A stretch of 64,000 nucleotides of DNA from Phaeosaccion multiseriatum (GCA_965112735.1 OZ218956.1:1426001-1490000); one strand, 5' to 3'. Shown: positions 50,719 through 64,000, counted from the first letter of the stretch. The notes: generated from the letters alone by a model not told the origin. Translations and numbers: made by a program.

Positions 50719-52210
50719 ATGGAGTCTGATGGTTATGCAGGCTCCGTCTCCCGCAAGAGGCAGCGCTCTGAGTGGAAGGAGCAGCAGGAGCAGGGGCGTG
50801 CCGCTTCGGCGCCACAAATCGCCCTGCTGCTGGCTGAGCTGGTGCCAGATCGGCGTGGTCACGATGTGGACTTGCTGCTCCGTTATAGCAGGGCTGGGGA
50901 TGGAGGAGGTGCCATAGGCAAGTGGAGCTACCCAGAGAGGGAGGGGTGTGCCGCCTTCACGCTTACAATGTGGCTTCCTGGGGCAGCAGCGGCGGCAGTA
51001 GCAGCTCTGGCAGGGCCAGGCGGGGGGGAGGCGAGACCGACCCTTGCAGATCTTTGCTCCGAGCGGGTTCGTTGCCTCGTGGAAATGGACCTTGTGTATC
51101 TGCGAGAGGAGGATGGAGAAGGCCTGCAGACGGGCGTGGTCGAGGGAAGGGACATGGGCGACAGGAGAAGCCTCCTGTTGGGGAGCCGGAGGCGAAGAGT
51201 AGCCCTTAGCGACTTTCTCCAGCGGTCTCTGCACAAGGCAGCGGCTGTTGCAGCGGCTGCTGAGGCCAGTGCCCCTGCTCCGCTCACTAACGAGACCCGC
51301 TTACTCGTTGACGAACCCAGCCCGTTCGTGCTGGAGAGGAACACTATGTGGGTGACCGAGCAAGCCAAAGCGAGTGCGCTGCTGACGCTGGAGGTTCCGC
51401 GGGACCACACGGCAGAGGGTCTGCTCTATCTTCTCTCCGATAGGCTGCAAGGTGCGTGAGGGCAGAGTCTTCCTTTGGACACGACTCTTCCCAACCTTGC
51501 TTGCATGAAAATCGTGCATACATACGAACGACAAAAGAGGCCACATGGACATGTGTAGAGATGCCTTGTATTGACACCCAATTCCATGACATGTTCACAT
51601 ACATGGCTCCTCTGTCCCCCACCGTGTCTCTCATCACCCTGGTCCCTGCCTGTCGCCCCTCTCCCTCATCTTTGCACCCACCTCTTCTCCATATGCTTGC
51701 ATTATTCCCCGTCTCTTGGCCTGCCCCATCTTCTCTTCCCTGTGGCTTCTCACCTCTCCTGTGCCCCTGTTCCCCTCTCCTGCCCCAACTCCCTGTCCTC
51801 CTGTGCCTCTTCCCCCCCCCCCTGGTCTCCCGCAGCGGTGCTGTCTGCCGGCATCGACAAGGCCGACTGGCCCGCTGCCGAGGCGCACGTCAGGGTTTGC
51901 GAGGACCAATCCGCCCTCCGCAGCCTACTTAAGGGGCTGCAGGGGGTGGCTTTCGTCGCCAACGGGTCCGTCCTACCTCGGGCCTCAGGTGAAAGTCAGG
52001 CGCCTCTCAGGGGGGCAATGCCCTTTGTATCGCCCGCAACACTTGAGGTTAGAAGGCCCCTTCCTGCCCTGCCCTACCCTTCCACGGTTTAGCACCCCCT
52101 GGATAGCCCCCCCTCCTTCACTGGCATACCGCGGTCTTTCTCACTTTCTCTCTCTCTCTGGTCGGAAGCAGAATCCGTCTCGCTTGACGCGTGATTGCTG
52201 TGCGTTCCCT

Positions 52211-52253
<43 letters not shown>

Positions 52254-52836
52254 GTTCCTCTCTCCCTCCCTCTGTCTCCCTCCCTCTCTCCATCTCTCCC
52301 GTTTCTATATCCCCTGGCCCCTCCCTCTCTCCATGCCTTTCTCCGTCCCCCCTATTCTCTCTGCTTCTCTCTCGCCCTCCCTCCTCCCCTCCCTCCCTCC
52401 CTCCCTCCCTCCCTCTTTCCCTCCCTCCTCCCTCCCTACCCACCCCCCTTTCTCCATCTCCCCTCTCCCTCTCCCTGTGTGGAGCGCAGATAGAAGTGAA
52501 CCTTCCCCACGCCGGGCCGGTGCGAGGCATGCTCCTCCCTGAGGGAGTGACTCTTGTGGTGGGGGGGGGCTTCCACGGCAAGAGCACCCTGCTGCGTGCC
52601 CTTGCCCTCGGGGTGTACGATAAAGTGCCTGGGGATGGGAGAGAGCTCGTGGTCACCGTCTCAGAGGCAGCCGCCATCAGGTGTGTGTATGTGTGTGTGT
52701 GTGGTTGGTTGTGCGTGTGTGTGCGTGCGTGTGTGTGTTTGTGGATATGTTGCAGAGGGGCCAGCGTGGGGCAGAAATGGGGGACACTCCTTATCATACG
52801 GAGGAGCGTCAGGACAGGAGGTAGTGTTTGCTCTTG

Positions 52837-52873
<37 letters not shown>

Positions 52874-54940
52874 GCAGCAGCATGGCTGTGTCGTTGCCGT
52901 TTTTGCCACTACACTTTCTCCTCATGGTTGTTGTCTCTTCTCCACCCCCCCTCACCCCCCTTCCTCCTCCTCCTCATCTTCCTCCTTCCTCCTCTCTCAC
53001 CAAGCCGCTCTCCTGGATCGATACCCCACCCCCAGATCCGAAGACGGGCGGCCTGTGCACGGAGTGGATGTGTCAGCCTTCATCGGCGATCTTCCCCCTG
53101 CTGCCGCGGTGGACGCCTCCTCCTTCTCCACCCTCTGCGCCAGCGGCAGCACCAGCCAAGCCGCTAACGTCATGGAATGCCTGGTAGCCGGAGCGAGGTG
53201 TGTGTTTGTGTGCGTGTGTATGTTTCTGAGCGGGGGGAGGTGGACGACCACCCAAAATGAGCAGCAGCACCCGCAGCAGCAGAAGGAACAGGAGGAGGAG
53301 GAGGAGGAGGAGGAGGAGGAGGTACCAGCAGCGCTTATCACCCGTCCCGCTGCTCTGCGTATACACCTTAAACGCCACCCCTCCTCCTTGCTCCTGCCGC
53401 CTCTTCTCATTCTCTTGTCTTTCCTGTGAGAGATCAGGTGTCTCTTGCTTGACGAGGACACATGCGCCGCAAACTTCATGGTGCAGGACAGCCGTATGCG
53501 TGCCATGGTGTCTGACGAGCCCATCACGCCCTTCATCTACCGCGTCAACAGCCTGTACACGCAGCTGAAAGTCAGCACCATCCTCGCAGTCGGCGGTGCG
53601 TCCTTTCTCGTCCTTTTTGTGCTTGAGTTTGTTGCTGGTTGGGTGATTAGAGGTAGGCCACGCGGCCCCTCTTCCGCAGACCGGGTCCACCCAAGGGCAC
53701 AAGCAAGCAACAATCCCCCAAAGCCCCTTCCATTGAAAGCGTCTTACCCCTCCCCTCCCCTCCCCTCCCCTCCCCCCTGCCACCTCTACTGTGCATCCAC
53801 GCAACTACGCTCCTCCCCTCCCCTCCCCTCCACATCCCCCAAGGGTGTGGTGAGTGGTTCGATGTCCACGACACCGCTGTGATGATGCAGAACTACGGTT
53901 GCTTAGACGTGACGAGCAAGGCCGTCTCCATCAGTAAGCGCTTCAGCCACGGACGGGTGCAGTATGCGGGGAGGGGGTTGGTGCATCGACTGCCTTGGCC
54001 GAAGGACTCATCTCTCCTCCTCCTCCCGGAGCAGCAGCAGCAGCAGCAGCAGCAGGGGGAGGAGGAGGAGGAGGATAAGAGGGAGAGGGAGAAAGAGGGG
54101 GGGGAGAAGAGGAAGGAAGAAGCAGAGGGACGTGAGGGGCGGCACGCGCAGAGGCAAGCATCGCCACCACCACCATTATCATCGCAGACGAAGAAGCAGA
54201 AGAATACGAGTCTAGGTTCGGGCGGGTTGTCTTCTTCTGGAGGAGTGGGTTACGAAAGCGAAGGAGAGATTACCTGGACTGGGGCTGCTTCTGCGACAGT
54301 CAGCACCACCTCTACACACATTTGTTTCTGCAATTGTTTGGGTTTGGGCCCATCGGCCTCAGGCTCAAGCTTGGCCTCCCTTTCGGCGAGCGAGCAGGGC
54401 CTCGAGAGGGAGAGGGAGCCCGGGGGGGCGGGGGACAGGGCAGGGGGGAGGGAGAGGGAGGAGGAGAGGGTGGATTTCTCCAAGCTGAGTCAGATGGTGG
54501 GGCCTGCCCAGGCACGGGGCTGCGGCGAGGCTGTGGAGTGGATGCTGGCGGGGGGCAGTGGCAGCAATGGCAGCACTAGCAACAGTAGTGGGAGCAGTAC
54601 TGGCGGCAGTAGCAGCAGCCATATGGGCAGCGCTAGTCAAGGGAAGGGCCCTGCCCGCTGCAGAAGGAGGGTGGAGAGGGGCTTGGCAGCTCTCGAGGCG
54701 GCGCTTGACGCTGGGGAGCGGCTTCGGCCTCTCTTTCTCAAGGGAGGACAGACTACGACGACAGTAGCAGCAGCTGATGCGGATACAGTAGTTGGTAGTA
54801 CAGCCTCGACGGCCGCGGTGACTGCGCCTGAGATGCGTGCGGGCATGGTGGAGCGGCCTCGGGGCATGGAGGTGGCGTGCGTGCTGGCCAGGCTGCAGGG
54901 GGGAGGCTCTGCACTGCGAAGGGCCGTGGCCCTCTGCTGA
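50719..54940 (+). CDS. Predicted ATPase of the ABC class (PF09818-type)
   Basis: EDQSALR, VAFVANGSVLPRASG, Walker A VGGGFHGKSTLL, GDGRELVVT, RSEDGR, ASGSTSQAAN, Walker B LLLDEDTCAANFM and EPITPF, joined over about 6 GT-AG exons. Confidence 0.92.
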
Positions 54941-56039
54941 ACTGAACCCGCTGTCTTTTGTTGTCTTTCGCCTCGGCAGAGCGATGCCCTGATGGGCAGC
55001 GGCTCTCTCTCTCTATCTCTCTCTCTCCACATCGCCTGTACTCTTGCGTAGAAGCTCAGGCTGGGCTGAGGCTGAGGCTGAGGCAAGGCTCTCTTCCGCG
55101 CGACATGTTCGAAACGAGGGGTAGCCACTACTTCGCCACCGGCGGGAGCACTGCCCCCCCCCCTGGCTCCTCGAGGGGACTTGATAGGATGGGAGAAATG
55201 AGGAGGGTGGAGAGACAAGACGCACGGCCCCCCTTCTCCAAAGCAATACAATGTAACGTGTAGCTGCTGCCTCCAAAGTGGACTTAGCGGTGCGGCGAAG
55301 GGCTTGCATGTCCAGAAGCGTGGCGGGCATGTTGAGCTATGAAGTGGGACGGCCTTCCTTTCGTCACCGCCGTGCCTGCCGTGTGATGAGACAGAAAAAG
55401 TCCTTCAGTCCCTCTGACTGATCCGCCGAAAAACGAAACACGAACCTTGTGCTGTATTTGAGTGGCTGGCCGGCCTCTAACCCATGGCCGCTTTACAGAG
55501 AGACAGAAAGGCTGTCCCCCACCAGAAAAAAACACATAACAGAAACAATTTCGTGATTTGCCCGCCCCCCACCCCTCCTCCTCTACTCTCCTCTCCACTC
55601 CTCCTCCTTCTCTGCTTCGGAAGTGCCCCATGCACTATCTTCTGCGAGAGCCTACTTACACAAACACTGTTCTCTCTCGCCTCTCTCGTGGAGGGCGCCG
55701 AGCGCGTTGGTGAGACGAGCCGCCGCCCCTCCCTCAGTCCCCGTCCTTCCTCCCTTCCTGGCAACACCCCCAGCCATACCCCTATGGCCAGCGTGGCTGC
55801 CACCTTCCCCTCACATGGGGCCAGCAATCAAAGGAGAGACATTCGTTCGCTCCCTTCCTTCCTCCCTCCCATGTATCCCTTCTCCCCCAACTCCAAGCTC
55901 AGTCACTAATCCATGCCAAGAGGGAGGAAGAGGAGGGTGCGTGCCACCATCTGACGCGCACACACGCTCACGTATCGAGCCTATGGCAGCTGTTGGTGCT
56001 CCTCCTCCTCTCCGCCCCCCCCCCCCTCCTTGACACCCT

Positions 56040-57487
56040 TCACAAGCCTTCTGCCCAAATCTCGGCCTCTTGCTGAGGCAGTCCCACGCCCGCCCCCCCC
56101 CCCTGCTGCTGCTGCTGCTGCTGCTGCTGCTCACCCTCCCCAATATCCATGTGTTGGTCGTACAGCTGCTGCTCCTCGCTGCTGCTGTACTTGGACTCTG
56201 TGGCGAAAGTGGACGCCAAGCCTCTGCCTTCGCCGCTGCCGATGGATGAATCCATCATCGCACTCTCCGTGACACTACTCATGCCGCTCACTGCACTGGG
56301 GTTGGGTGGCAGCTGATGGTCGACCGGCGGGGGCAGAGGCTCCATCCCCTCTGCCGCGAGCATCTCCCAACTCTCCGGGTGGTAGTGGCAGATATCATTG
56401 AAGATCATCAACTGAGCGACGCGAGAGACGCGAGAGGGTACACGGTGGTGGAAAAGCGCGGGAAAGGCATTCGTGAGTGAGCCATGTGTACCACGCGTCG
56501 TCGCCATCCATCACACCCCCACCGTACAGTACAGTACAAAGGCAATAAAGAATGGGAGGGAAGAGAGAGAGGGAGGGAGGGATGTGTATGCTCATCTACC
56601 CGCCCCATGCATGTTTGGAATAATGTTCGGACACTTGACTTCCGAAGGTTGGTGGCGGATGCTTAGAGAGGCCGGTCGCAAGTTGCATGGCTCTCTCCCC
56701 TCCTCTCACTCCCGTCGCCACCCCCCCCGCCCCCAGGCTCGGCCCGGCCCGACGTTCAGGCGCTGTGTGGTTAGTGTGCTGCCCTCTGTACCTGAAGGTT
56801 GGTCTTGGTGCGCTCCACGTCCTCAATGTCTCTCCAGCTCACTTGGCTCTCTGCAATGGGTTCCAACAACTCGTCGTGGAGGCAAGACAGGTAGGGGTGT
56901 CTGCACGTCACCACACACACACCACAAGCAGGGTATACAGCAAAAGGGCGGAGGAGGGCTGAGGACGGAGAGGGAGAGAGGGAGAGACGGACAGAGGGAG
57001 AGAGAGAAACGGGACAGACAGTACACTGTGGACGACCGCAGAACCACCTCCTCCTCCTGCCCACCTCCCCCCTGCTCGCATTACAAACAACACAGCAGTA
57101 TGCACAGCGCGGCTGCTCGCAACCTTCAGGGTGCGCTTGGGCGGTTGCTTTCTGCCCAATTCACTTCATCCGCACGCAGAGACAAACAAGCCGAAAAACG
57201 CCCGACCAGCAAACTAACAAACAACAAACCACACGCACATAAGGCACGCACCTGAGGGCTTCCACCACTGTGATTCTTTTGCTGGGGTCGAGGCGAAGCA
57301 TCTTCTCGAGCAAGTCCAGGGCCTGCGCGGACGCCTTTGGGAACTTCGACGGCAGGTTGGCGGGAGGGGCTTCGGGAAGGCCTGGGTGGGGATGGGGGAA
57401 AGAGGAGTCATGTGGGTGGGTGAGTGAGTGCGTGACTGAATGAGGCAGGCAGATAGACAGGCAGGCAGATAGACAGGCAGGCAGATA

Positions 57488-57519
<32 letters not shown>

Positions 57520-59423
57520 CACAGACAGGCAGGCATATGTACTTTGGCTGCAAGAGAGGGACTCAGCCCAATGAGGGGGCAGCTTTCTGCAGTTGGACTC
57601 AGGCAGCCTGCGCTGCACTCCTCGCGGCACACGAGCGAGCACTCCCTCTCGTCCCTCCCTCCTTCCCCATCCACCCTGCCTCACCGAGAATGAAGCGCCG
57701 TGCCCGAAAGTTGCGCACGAACCACACCTGCTCCTCCGTAGGCTTGCCCACAAACTGCGAAATGAGCTTGAGCTGCTCGAGGTGGTCGTTGCCCTGAAAC
57801 ATGGGTTTCCGCCTCAGCATCTCCCCAAATATGCACCCCACGCTCCACACATCAATGGCCTCGTTGTAGTTGTGCACGCTCAACATAATCTCCGGCGCTC
57901 TGTACCACCGTGTCACCACATACTCCGTCAGGTCCTCGGTGGAGTCCGTGCCCCGGGAGAGGCCAAAGTCACACAGCTTGAGGTCACAGTTGGCGTTGAG
58001 CAACACATTGCCCGGCTTAAGGTCTCGATGCAGCACTCCCGCCGAGTGAATGTATTTGAGTGCGCAGAGAAGCTGATAGAGGAAGTACTGGGTGTGCTCT
58101 GTTGTGAGGTGTTGCCTGGAGTAGATGACTCGGTGCAGGTCCGTCTCCATGAGCTCAGTTACGATGTACACGTCCTCGAATTCGCTCAGAGAGGGCGGGG
58201 GGAGGATGTCCACCACCTGTGAGAGGAAGGGGGAGAAAAGGAGAGTGGTGTGTGTGCGTGTGCGCACGCGCGCGTGTGTGTGAATGCCCGACTGAGTATG
58301 AGTGAATGAGTGTGTGAGGGAGAAAGAGAGGCCCGCAAGGGGCCCCACTACTCTAATCCGAGAGTATGGGGTAACAACAGACCTTGCAATGATAAGTGCC
58401 GTGACGTCACCACAAACTTCCCTCCCACAACCTCAAACAAGGAAGACCCCTATCTCTCTCTCCCGTTCACTATTTCCCTCTACTCTTCCCTGTCCCTCCC
58501 TCCCTCCCTCCCTCCCTCCCTCCCTCCCTCCCTCCCTCCCTCCCTCCCTCCCTCGCTCCTTCCGTCCCTCTCTATCGCTGCATCCCTGTCTCCATGCCTC
58601 TCTCTCCCCCTCCCCCCTCCCCTCCCTCTCCAGCCCCCCACCCGCCCCTTCTCTTACCGCCCCCTACCCCTTCTCTCACCTTGAGCACATTGGAGTGGTC
58701 AAAGTGCCTCAGAGTGCGAATCTCCCTTACGATTCGCTTGGCGTCAATCAAGTGCTCGAACACCTGCGGCACCTTCTTGATCGCCACCATCCCCCCCGTT
58801 TCTGTGTTGCGTGCGCTAATCACAAACCCATACGCCCCGTGCCCAATGGCCTTGACAACGTCGTACTTTACATCAAGAACAAACTCGGTGCCGGAAAAGG
58901 TCACCTTTTTTGTTTCTCTGACACGGCGTCCGTCCCCCCCTCCCCCTTCCATGCCCATGAGAGTACCGCCCTCTCCCGCCTCGTTCCCTGCCCCTCCTCC
59001 TCCTCCTCCTCCTCCTCCTCCTCCTCCTCCTCCTCCTCCTCTTTGCTCTTCTCCTTCTCCTCCCTGCATTCGTGCCGATACTCCTTCCCGTAAGCGCTCC
59101 ACCTCCGATACATCTTCCCGTAAGAGCTCCACCTGGAAGGCCACTGCTTCCTGCCACTCCTCGCTCTCAGCAGGGGTCTCCGAGCAGACTCGAAGGGCCT
59201 TATTGTTGGTGACAATCTCAAAAGCATTGGGCCTGATGGCCGGTATACTCTCTACTCGGGACCCGGCATTGAGCACCACTCGTCCCTTGGGTCTCTCATC
59301 GCCCATTGTGCGGTAGTACGTGAGCGCAAATTTCTCCAAAACGAAATACCGCCGCTTCCAACTGAGTCCCCGCCCCCCCTTCTTTAGCAGGTAGCCGTAT
59401 TTTACCGGCATGTTATCTTCCAT
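56040..59423 (-). CDS. MAP kinase (TEY activation motif) with N-terminal PH domain
   Basis: PH domain: [22 protein letters not shown]...EEWQEAV. Kinase domain: [26 protein letters not shown] and [14 protein letters not shown]. Five exons. Confidence 0.95.
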
Positions 59424-60443
59424 GGTAGTCGCGCCCGGACTGGAGGGGTTGGGAGGGAGGGAGGGAGAGGAGGAGGGGGAAAGAGGAGGAAGAGGAGGAG
59501 GAGGAGGAGGAGGAGGAGGAGGGGGTCGATGATGATGATGATGGTGATGATGAGGAGGAGGAGGAGGAGGAGAAGAAGTAGGAGGGGGGGGTGGGGGATA
59601 AGGATGAGGAGATTCAAGGGCGGCGTAAGCGCAGGACAGGGACAAGGCTACACAGAGGCCAAGCATGCAGGGCAAGGGAGAGATGCACCTTACAGTTGTG
59701 AAGGGCTGCTAAAGCCTTCCTCTCTTGTCTGGGCCTTACCGTCTAGGAATATCCCTCTGGGGCCTCCAGCGGGTCGGCGGCCTCAGTATCTCCTCAGCTT
59801 CCCTGCGACCACTTCCATTTGCCCGTCAGAACCCGTGGAGTGCTCCCTGCTGCTCGCCGCCTCCTGCTCCTCCTCACCGGCGGTGGTAGCTTTGAAGCCT
59901 CGATGTTTGGCGGGATCTGAAAGAGGGCTGCAGGAACCTGTAGCCCCTCGCCCCTCTCCCGAGAGCTTTCCCTCGGGCTCAACCGGTGCTCTCAAGGGAT
60001 GATGCGGATGTGTATTCTACTCTAGGTTCCCTCCTGTGTGTGCCCTGCCCTCGATGCCTTCTTTGTTCTATAGCAAAGGTTGAAAAAAAGGTGAGAATAG
60101 ACGTGTTGGAGGGAAAGACGCTGGATGCTCCACGACCAAAGGCAATCTCTTCTATTCGGGTCACTATCCTGCGCACGTTCTCGCACGAGAAGAAAAGAGG
60201 GGTAGGAGAGGACGAGGAATGAGAGAAGAATAAACAAACTTTAGCGGAAAGGGTGGTGCGGAAAAATATCGAAATTGGAAAATAGTATAGGTGTGAGGAA
60301 AAAAGAAAATCGAGTCGATTTTTTTTTGTGAGAGGAAAATCGACAATTCACAGATGTATCGGCCGAATTGCAAAAGCAAAAGCCAAAATGCGTTACAACG
60401 GTGTAATTTTTTTTCTTTTTTTAAAGGACGTGCAGCTGAGGCA

Positions 60444-61020
60444 ATGTACACTGGGTATTGGGCGAGTCTGGACCAGCTCACAAGCTTCCACGACGACCCT
60501 TTGCGATGCAGCGAGAAGGTGCGCCCGCACGGAGCGGCCGACACGCTGCTCTCCAAGATGGTGTCCTCGAAAGAGAGATGGCCCAATACCACGTCCGACT
60601 TTTGCTTGGCAAGTAGTGATGCCGTAAGAAGAAGAAGCGGTGGAGATGGGAGTAGGAGGAGCAGCACTAGCAGTAGGAGCAGCAGTAGCAGGCGAGGAAA
60701 GAGGGCGGAGGGAAGCAGAGAGAGCGACACAGAAGAAGGTTGTGGACATCGAATATGCCCCAGCAGGAGCACTTCGTCGCTGCCATCCTCAGTAGAGGCA
60801 GCAGCGCGGCAATCGGTAGAGCGAGGGGTGGAGCAAGGAGCCGGCGCGCTTGCTGGGGGCACAGGAGGGGGTGGACGCCTGAGGACGCCACACACCTTTA
60901 TGACCCCCCACCCCACTATGCGAGACACGGCTCACGACATGTCCAAGTCGATCATCCCCACCCAGGCTCGAGTCCTTTGTCCTGACGAGAGCCAAGGCAG
61001 TAGCAGTAATCGTACTAGTG

Positions 61021-61060
<40 letters not shown>

Positions 61061-61611
61061 CAGCAGCAGCCGCAGTACTAGTGGCAGCAGCAGTGGCTGC
61101 ACCAGCAGCAACAGGAGGAGAAGGAGCATGGACAAGAACAAGCTCTTCCTCACTACAATTTCCAACCAGCTGAGGGTGGCCAACATCGGGGCCGCCGGCA
61201 AAGACGCCAACAAGCCTCTTCGTGCGCTACAGGCGGCGGGCACCAACCGCGCCTTGTACGTGGAGGCGGCTCGGGCCAGGTCAGTGCCAGTAGCAGGCAG
61301 GCAGACGTATGGGCGGGCAGGCAGGCAGGCAGGCAGGCAGGGCAGGCAACGAGGCAATCATTCAAGTCAGTTCTGAGCTTGATTTTTCTTCCGTTTGTTT
61401 GACGTTGCTTCTGTAGTGACTGACCCCTCCTTTGCTGCTGGTGCTCCCCTGCCCCGCCCCCCCTCCCCTCCCCCTGTTTGCATACAGGCCGCCTGTTTCC
61501 TTGGCTCAAGCCCATCTGTTCAGATACAAGTTCCCTCACTCTCTGGGAAGAATAAAGGCTTTTGCGGACCTGAGGGAGGCACCCGGGGAAGCATCACAGA
61601 AGCAGCAGTAA
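60444..61611 (+). CDS. Hypothetical Ser-rich protein (2 exons)
   Basis: The long ORF from ATG 60444, donor GTCAGT near 61280 and acceptor TACAG near 61487 give an in-frame end at TAA 61609-61611. No known motif. Confidence 0.4.
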
Positions 61612-62155
61612 CGCCGTCATATTCACCATACTTGCACGTAGCGGGGCGCGAATACCCGGGAAAAGAACACAAATACAGTGCGACTTCTAATCAGAGTTCC
61701 GCATGTCATTGTCGTTACAATATGCGTGAGCAGCAGCGGCCAGGGCTGGCTTGCACCAGCAGACTACGACCCTTGCAATTTGGTCCACCAAAACCCTGCA
61801 CCCCATCTGCTGCCATCAACACTATTCTCCTCTCCCTCTCCACTGAAAAGCTCCTGACCATCTCTCCACTCGGTTGGGCTTACGCACTTCCCTCCACGTG
61901 ACGCTCTCTCTCCTCTGCTGGCAGACCGGTAAAAGGTTATGATTAGCGTCGTGTAGGGTCGTTTTGCTTCACTGGGGGCGACACTGTCCTTCGCCCTTCG
62001 CCTCAAGGGGCTCCTTCCTGCGTTCTCGCGCTGAGTCCGCCGCGGGCCATTCATTCCCATCCAAGCAATTAATCAGTTTCCATCAGCCTGGAAGAGGATA
62101 TCACCCGTAAACACACAGCCCCATCCACAAGAGCACCACTGCTGCTGCCCACATG

Positions 62156-62192
<37 letters not shown>

Positions 62193-62582
62193 CTGCTGCT
62201 GTCCTGCTTCTCCCTCTCTCGTGGCAGCAGATACGCGTGTTCCATATACAGATACTCGTCATTGCCCTCATATACATATACTCCTCTTTGATCCCCTCCT
62301 TCCAAGCCTCCGTGCTGCGCTGGGGTGAAGCTGCTGGTGCTGGTGCTGGTGCTGGTGCTGATGCTGGTCTGGTGCTGCTGTGTACGCAAACCAACCGCCC
62401 CCACGCAAAACGGAGAGGACGAGGAGCAACGACGGGGGGCGGGTGGCTTCTCGCTCGCTCACTATTCCACCCCTCTACTCTGCCCAAAGTGGCCATTGGG
62501 TCTCTCCTTGCTCATTTGCCTTCCGGCTCTATTCTGAAGTAAAGAGGGAAGAAGCAACTACCCGCCCGTGCGCTCCTCTTTT

Positions 62583-63954
62583 CTAAGCAAAGTAGTCGTT
62601 GCCCGTTCCGGTACCATTGTCTCCAAAGACGATGCTGTCGTGCTTGAGGTTTCTGCTCCAGTAGTTGAGCAACAGCAGGTATGACTCCAAGATCTGCTCC
62701 CAGCTGCGACACATTGACAAGTACGCGTTGGACTCCTGTGAGCAGTAGGGGTCAGGACAAGAGGGTAATTGGGTGAGTGGGTGGGAGTGTGCGTGAGTGA
62801 GTGCGGGAGTGAGTAAGTGAGTGCGTGCGTGAGTGCGTGAGTGAGTGCGCGCATCGTCATCACCAGAGGCGCGGCAGCAGGGCAGACAAGAGGGGGGGGA
62901 GGGTGGGGCAGGCGAAAGACGGGAAGGGAAAGAAAGGGCGGTGGGTGGGTGGGGGAGATACAATGGTAAATTATCACACGGAAGGAAGGAGGCGGGGAGA
63001 GGGAAAGGGCTTTGGCCAAAGGCAAACAACACGAAGCGCTCAGCTCTGTGGTATATGCATCCCCATGCATATAGATACGTGTGTACACACGCACTGGTGT
63101 GGGCATTTGTAGGTACATGGGTCACGGAGGTCCTATCGTCATCGCACCACTACACTACGCACCTGTAGCGTGAGCAGCTCGTGGTGGGCCTTCTCCCAGG
63201 GCTCCAAGTTGTCGACCTTCACCTCCTTCGTTGAGAACATGTGGCGCAACGTGTCCACGCGGGTGGCCAGGTGGGCATTCACCTGTGAGGGGCAAGGACA
63301 CATCCACACACACGCATTTCATCAGACAAATCCCTGTGCACTCGAGCGCGCACACACACACATACGCATAGAGGAGGAGCGAAGCCGGGCGTGCTTTCCT
63401 CCTGACTGACAGACAGACAGACAACCTGCTATCGTTACCAACTGGCGTTCGTGCGTGCGTACGTACCGCCGATCTTGTTGAGTTGCTCCTCTTCATCTCG
63501 CTGACGATCTGTACCTGGAACTTTTGGATCTTCTGTCTGTGAGACTCGGCGAAGGCCTGTGAGCGTCACACGTATCAGCACAGGAGGAGGGGGAGGAAAG
63601 GGGGGGGTTAAGGGGGCATGAGAGGGCGGGTGCCCAACAAGGAAAAGGCTTGGGGTCTAAGCCTGTGCGAGCCTTGGGTCCAAGCGCATGAGCCTTCCTC
63701 GAATCAGTCCATCAACGACGGCTCTGTAAATCCACATCCACCCTACAAGGAGGCACGCACACACATACACACACACACCCACATCCACACACCTGCTCGT
63801 TGGCCGGGAGGCAAAGGTCACACCACGAGAAGAGCCTGTCCAGCAACTCGCGGAACTCGTCCACGAGCACGAGCAGCTCGTGGCTGATGCCGTAGATTTC
63901 GCCCGCCTGGAAGTCATTGGAGCGACCGATGCCGCGGTTGAAGAAGTCGAACAC
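62583..63954 (-). CDS. 3' portion of a hypothetical helical protein (gene continues beyond the window)
   Basis: Four phase-0 exons join: VFDFFNRG...PANEQ|AFAESHRQ...TRSA|VNAHLATR...LLTLQ|ESNAYLSMC...NDYFA*. Confidence 0.65.
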
Positions 63955-64000
63955 CTTCGGTCGGTGGGTCGATCAGTCAAGCAGTCCATAAGCGGACAAA

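Noticed and set aside
51716-53167. 483-aa single ORF
   Set aside because: It reads through CT- and GT-repeat introns. Only the central exon (about 52490-52680) is coding in that frame.

Overview
Eukaryotic nuclear DNA: GC-rich, with many GT-AG introns, and saturated with microsatellites. Gene content suggests a stramenopile (ochrophyte-like) alga; this is an inference. About 16 spliced genes were reconstructed by hand. They include a PDZ-like/low-complexity giant protein, a coiled-coil protein, a membrane-anchored EH-domain protein, an RCC1-repeat cell-surface protein, a myristoylated calcineurin-B-like EF-hand protein and an atypical Hsp70. The rest are ERCC1, a cadherin-like/bacterial-Ig secreted protein, NAA30, SCP2, an RraA-family protein, a VPS26-like protein, an ABC-class ATPase (PF09818-type), a PH-MAP kinase and hypothetical genes; there is also a decayed STI1-domain fragment. 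Most genes sit in head-to-head pairs. Four observations stand out. (1) The RCC1 surface protein builds its Ala-Pro-Thr stalk from a tandem array of paralogous 48-nt phase-0 exon+intron cassettes, one of them dead, and needs a 5-nt microexon to keep frame. (2) A predicted mitochondrial, membrane-anchored Hsp70 consists only of the nucleotide-binding domain and has lost its catalytic residues. (3) A divergent SCP2/RraA pair both end in PTS1 signals. (4) Bacterial-type Ig repeats are fused to an algal VWD-like domain. No rRNA, tRNA, CRISPR or recognisable transposase/RT was seen. Most ORF-track entries are artefacts of triplet repeats. All family calls come from motif recognition without database searches.
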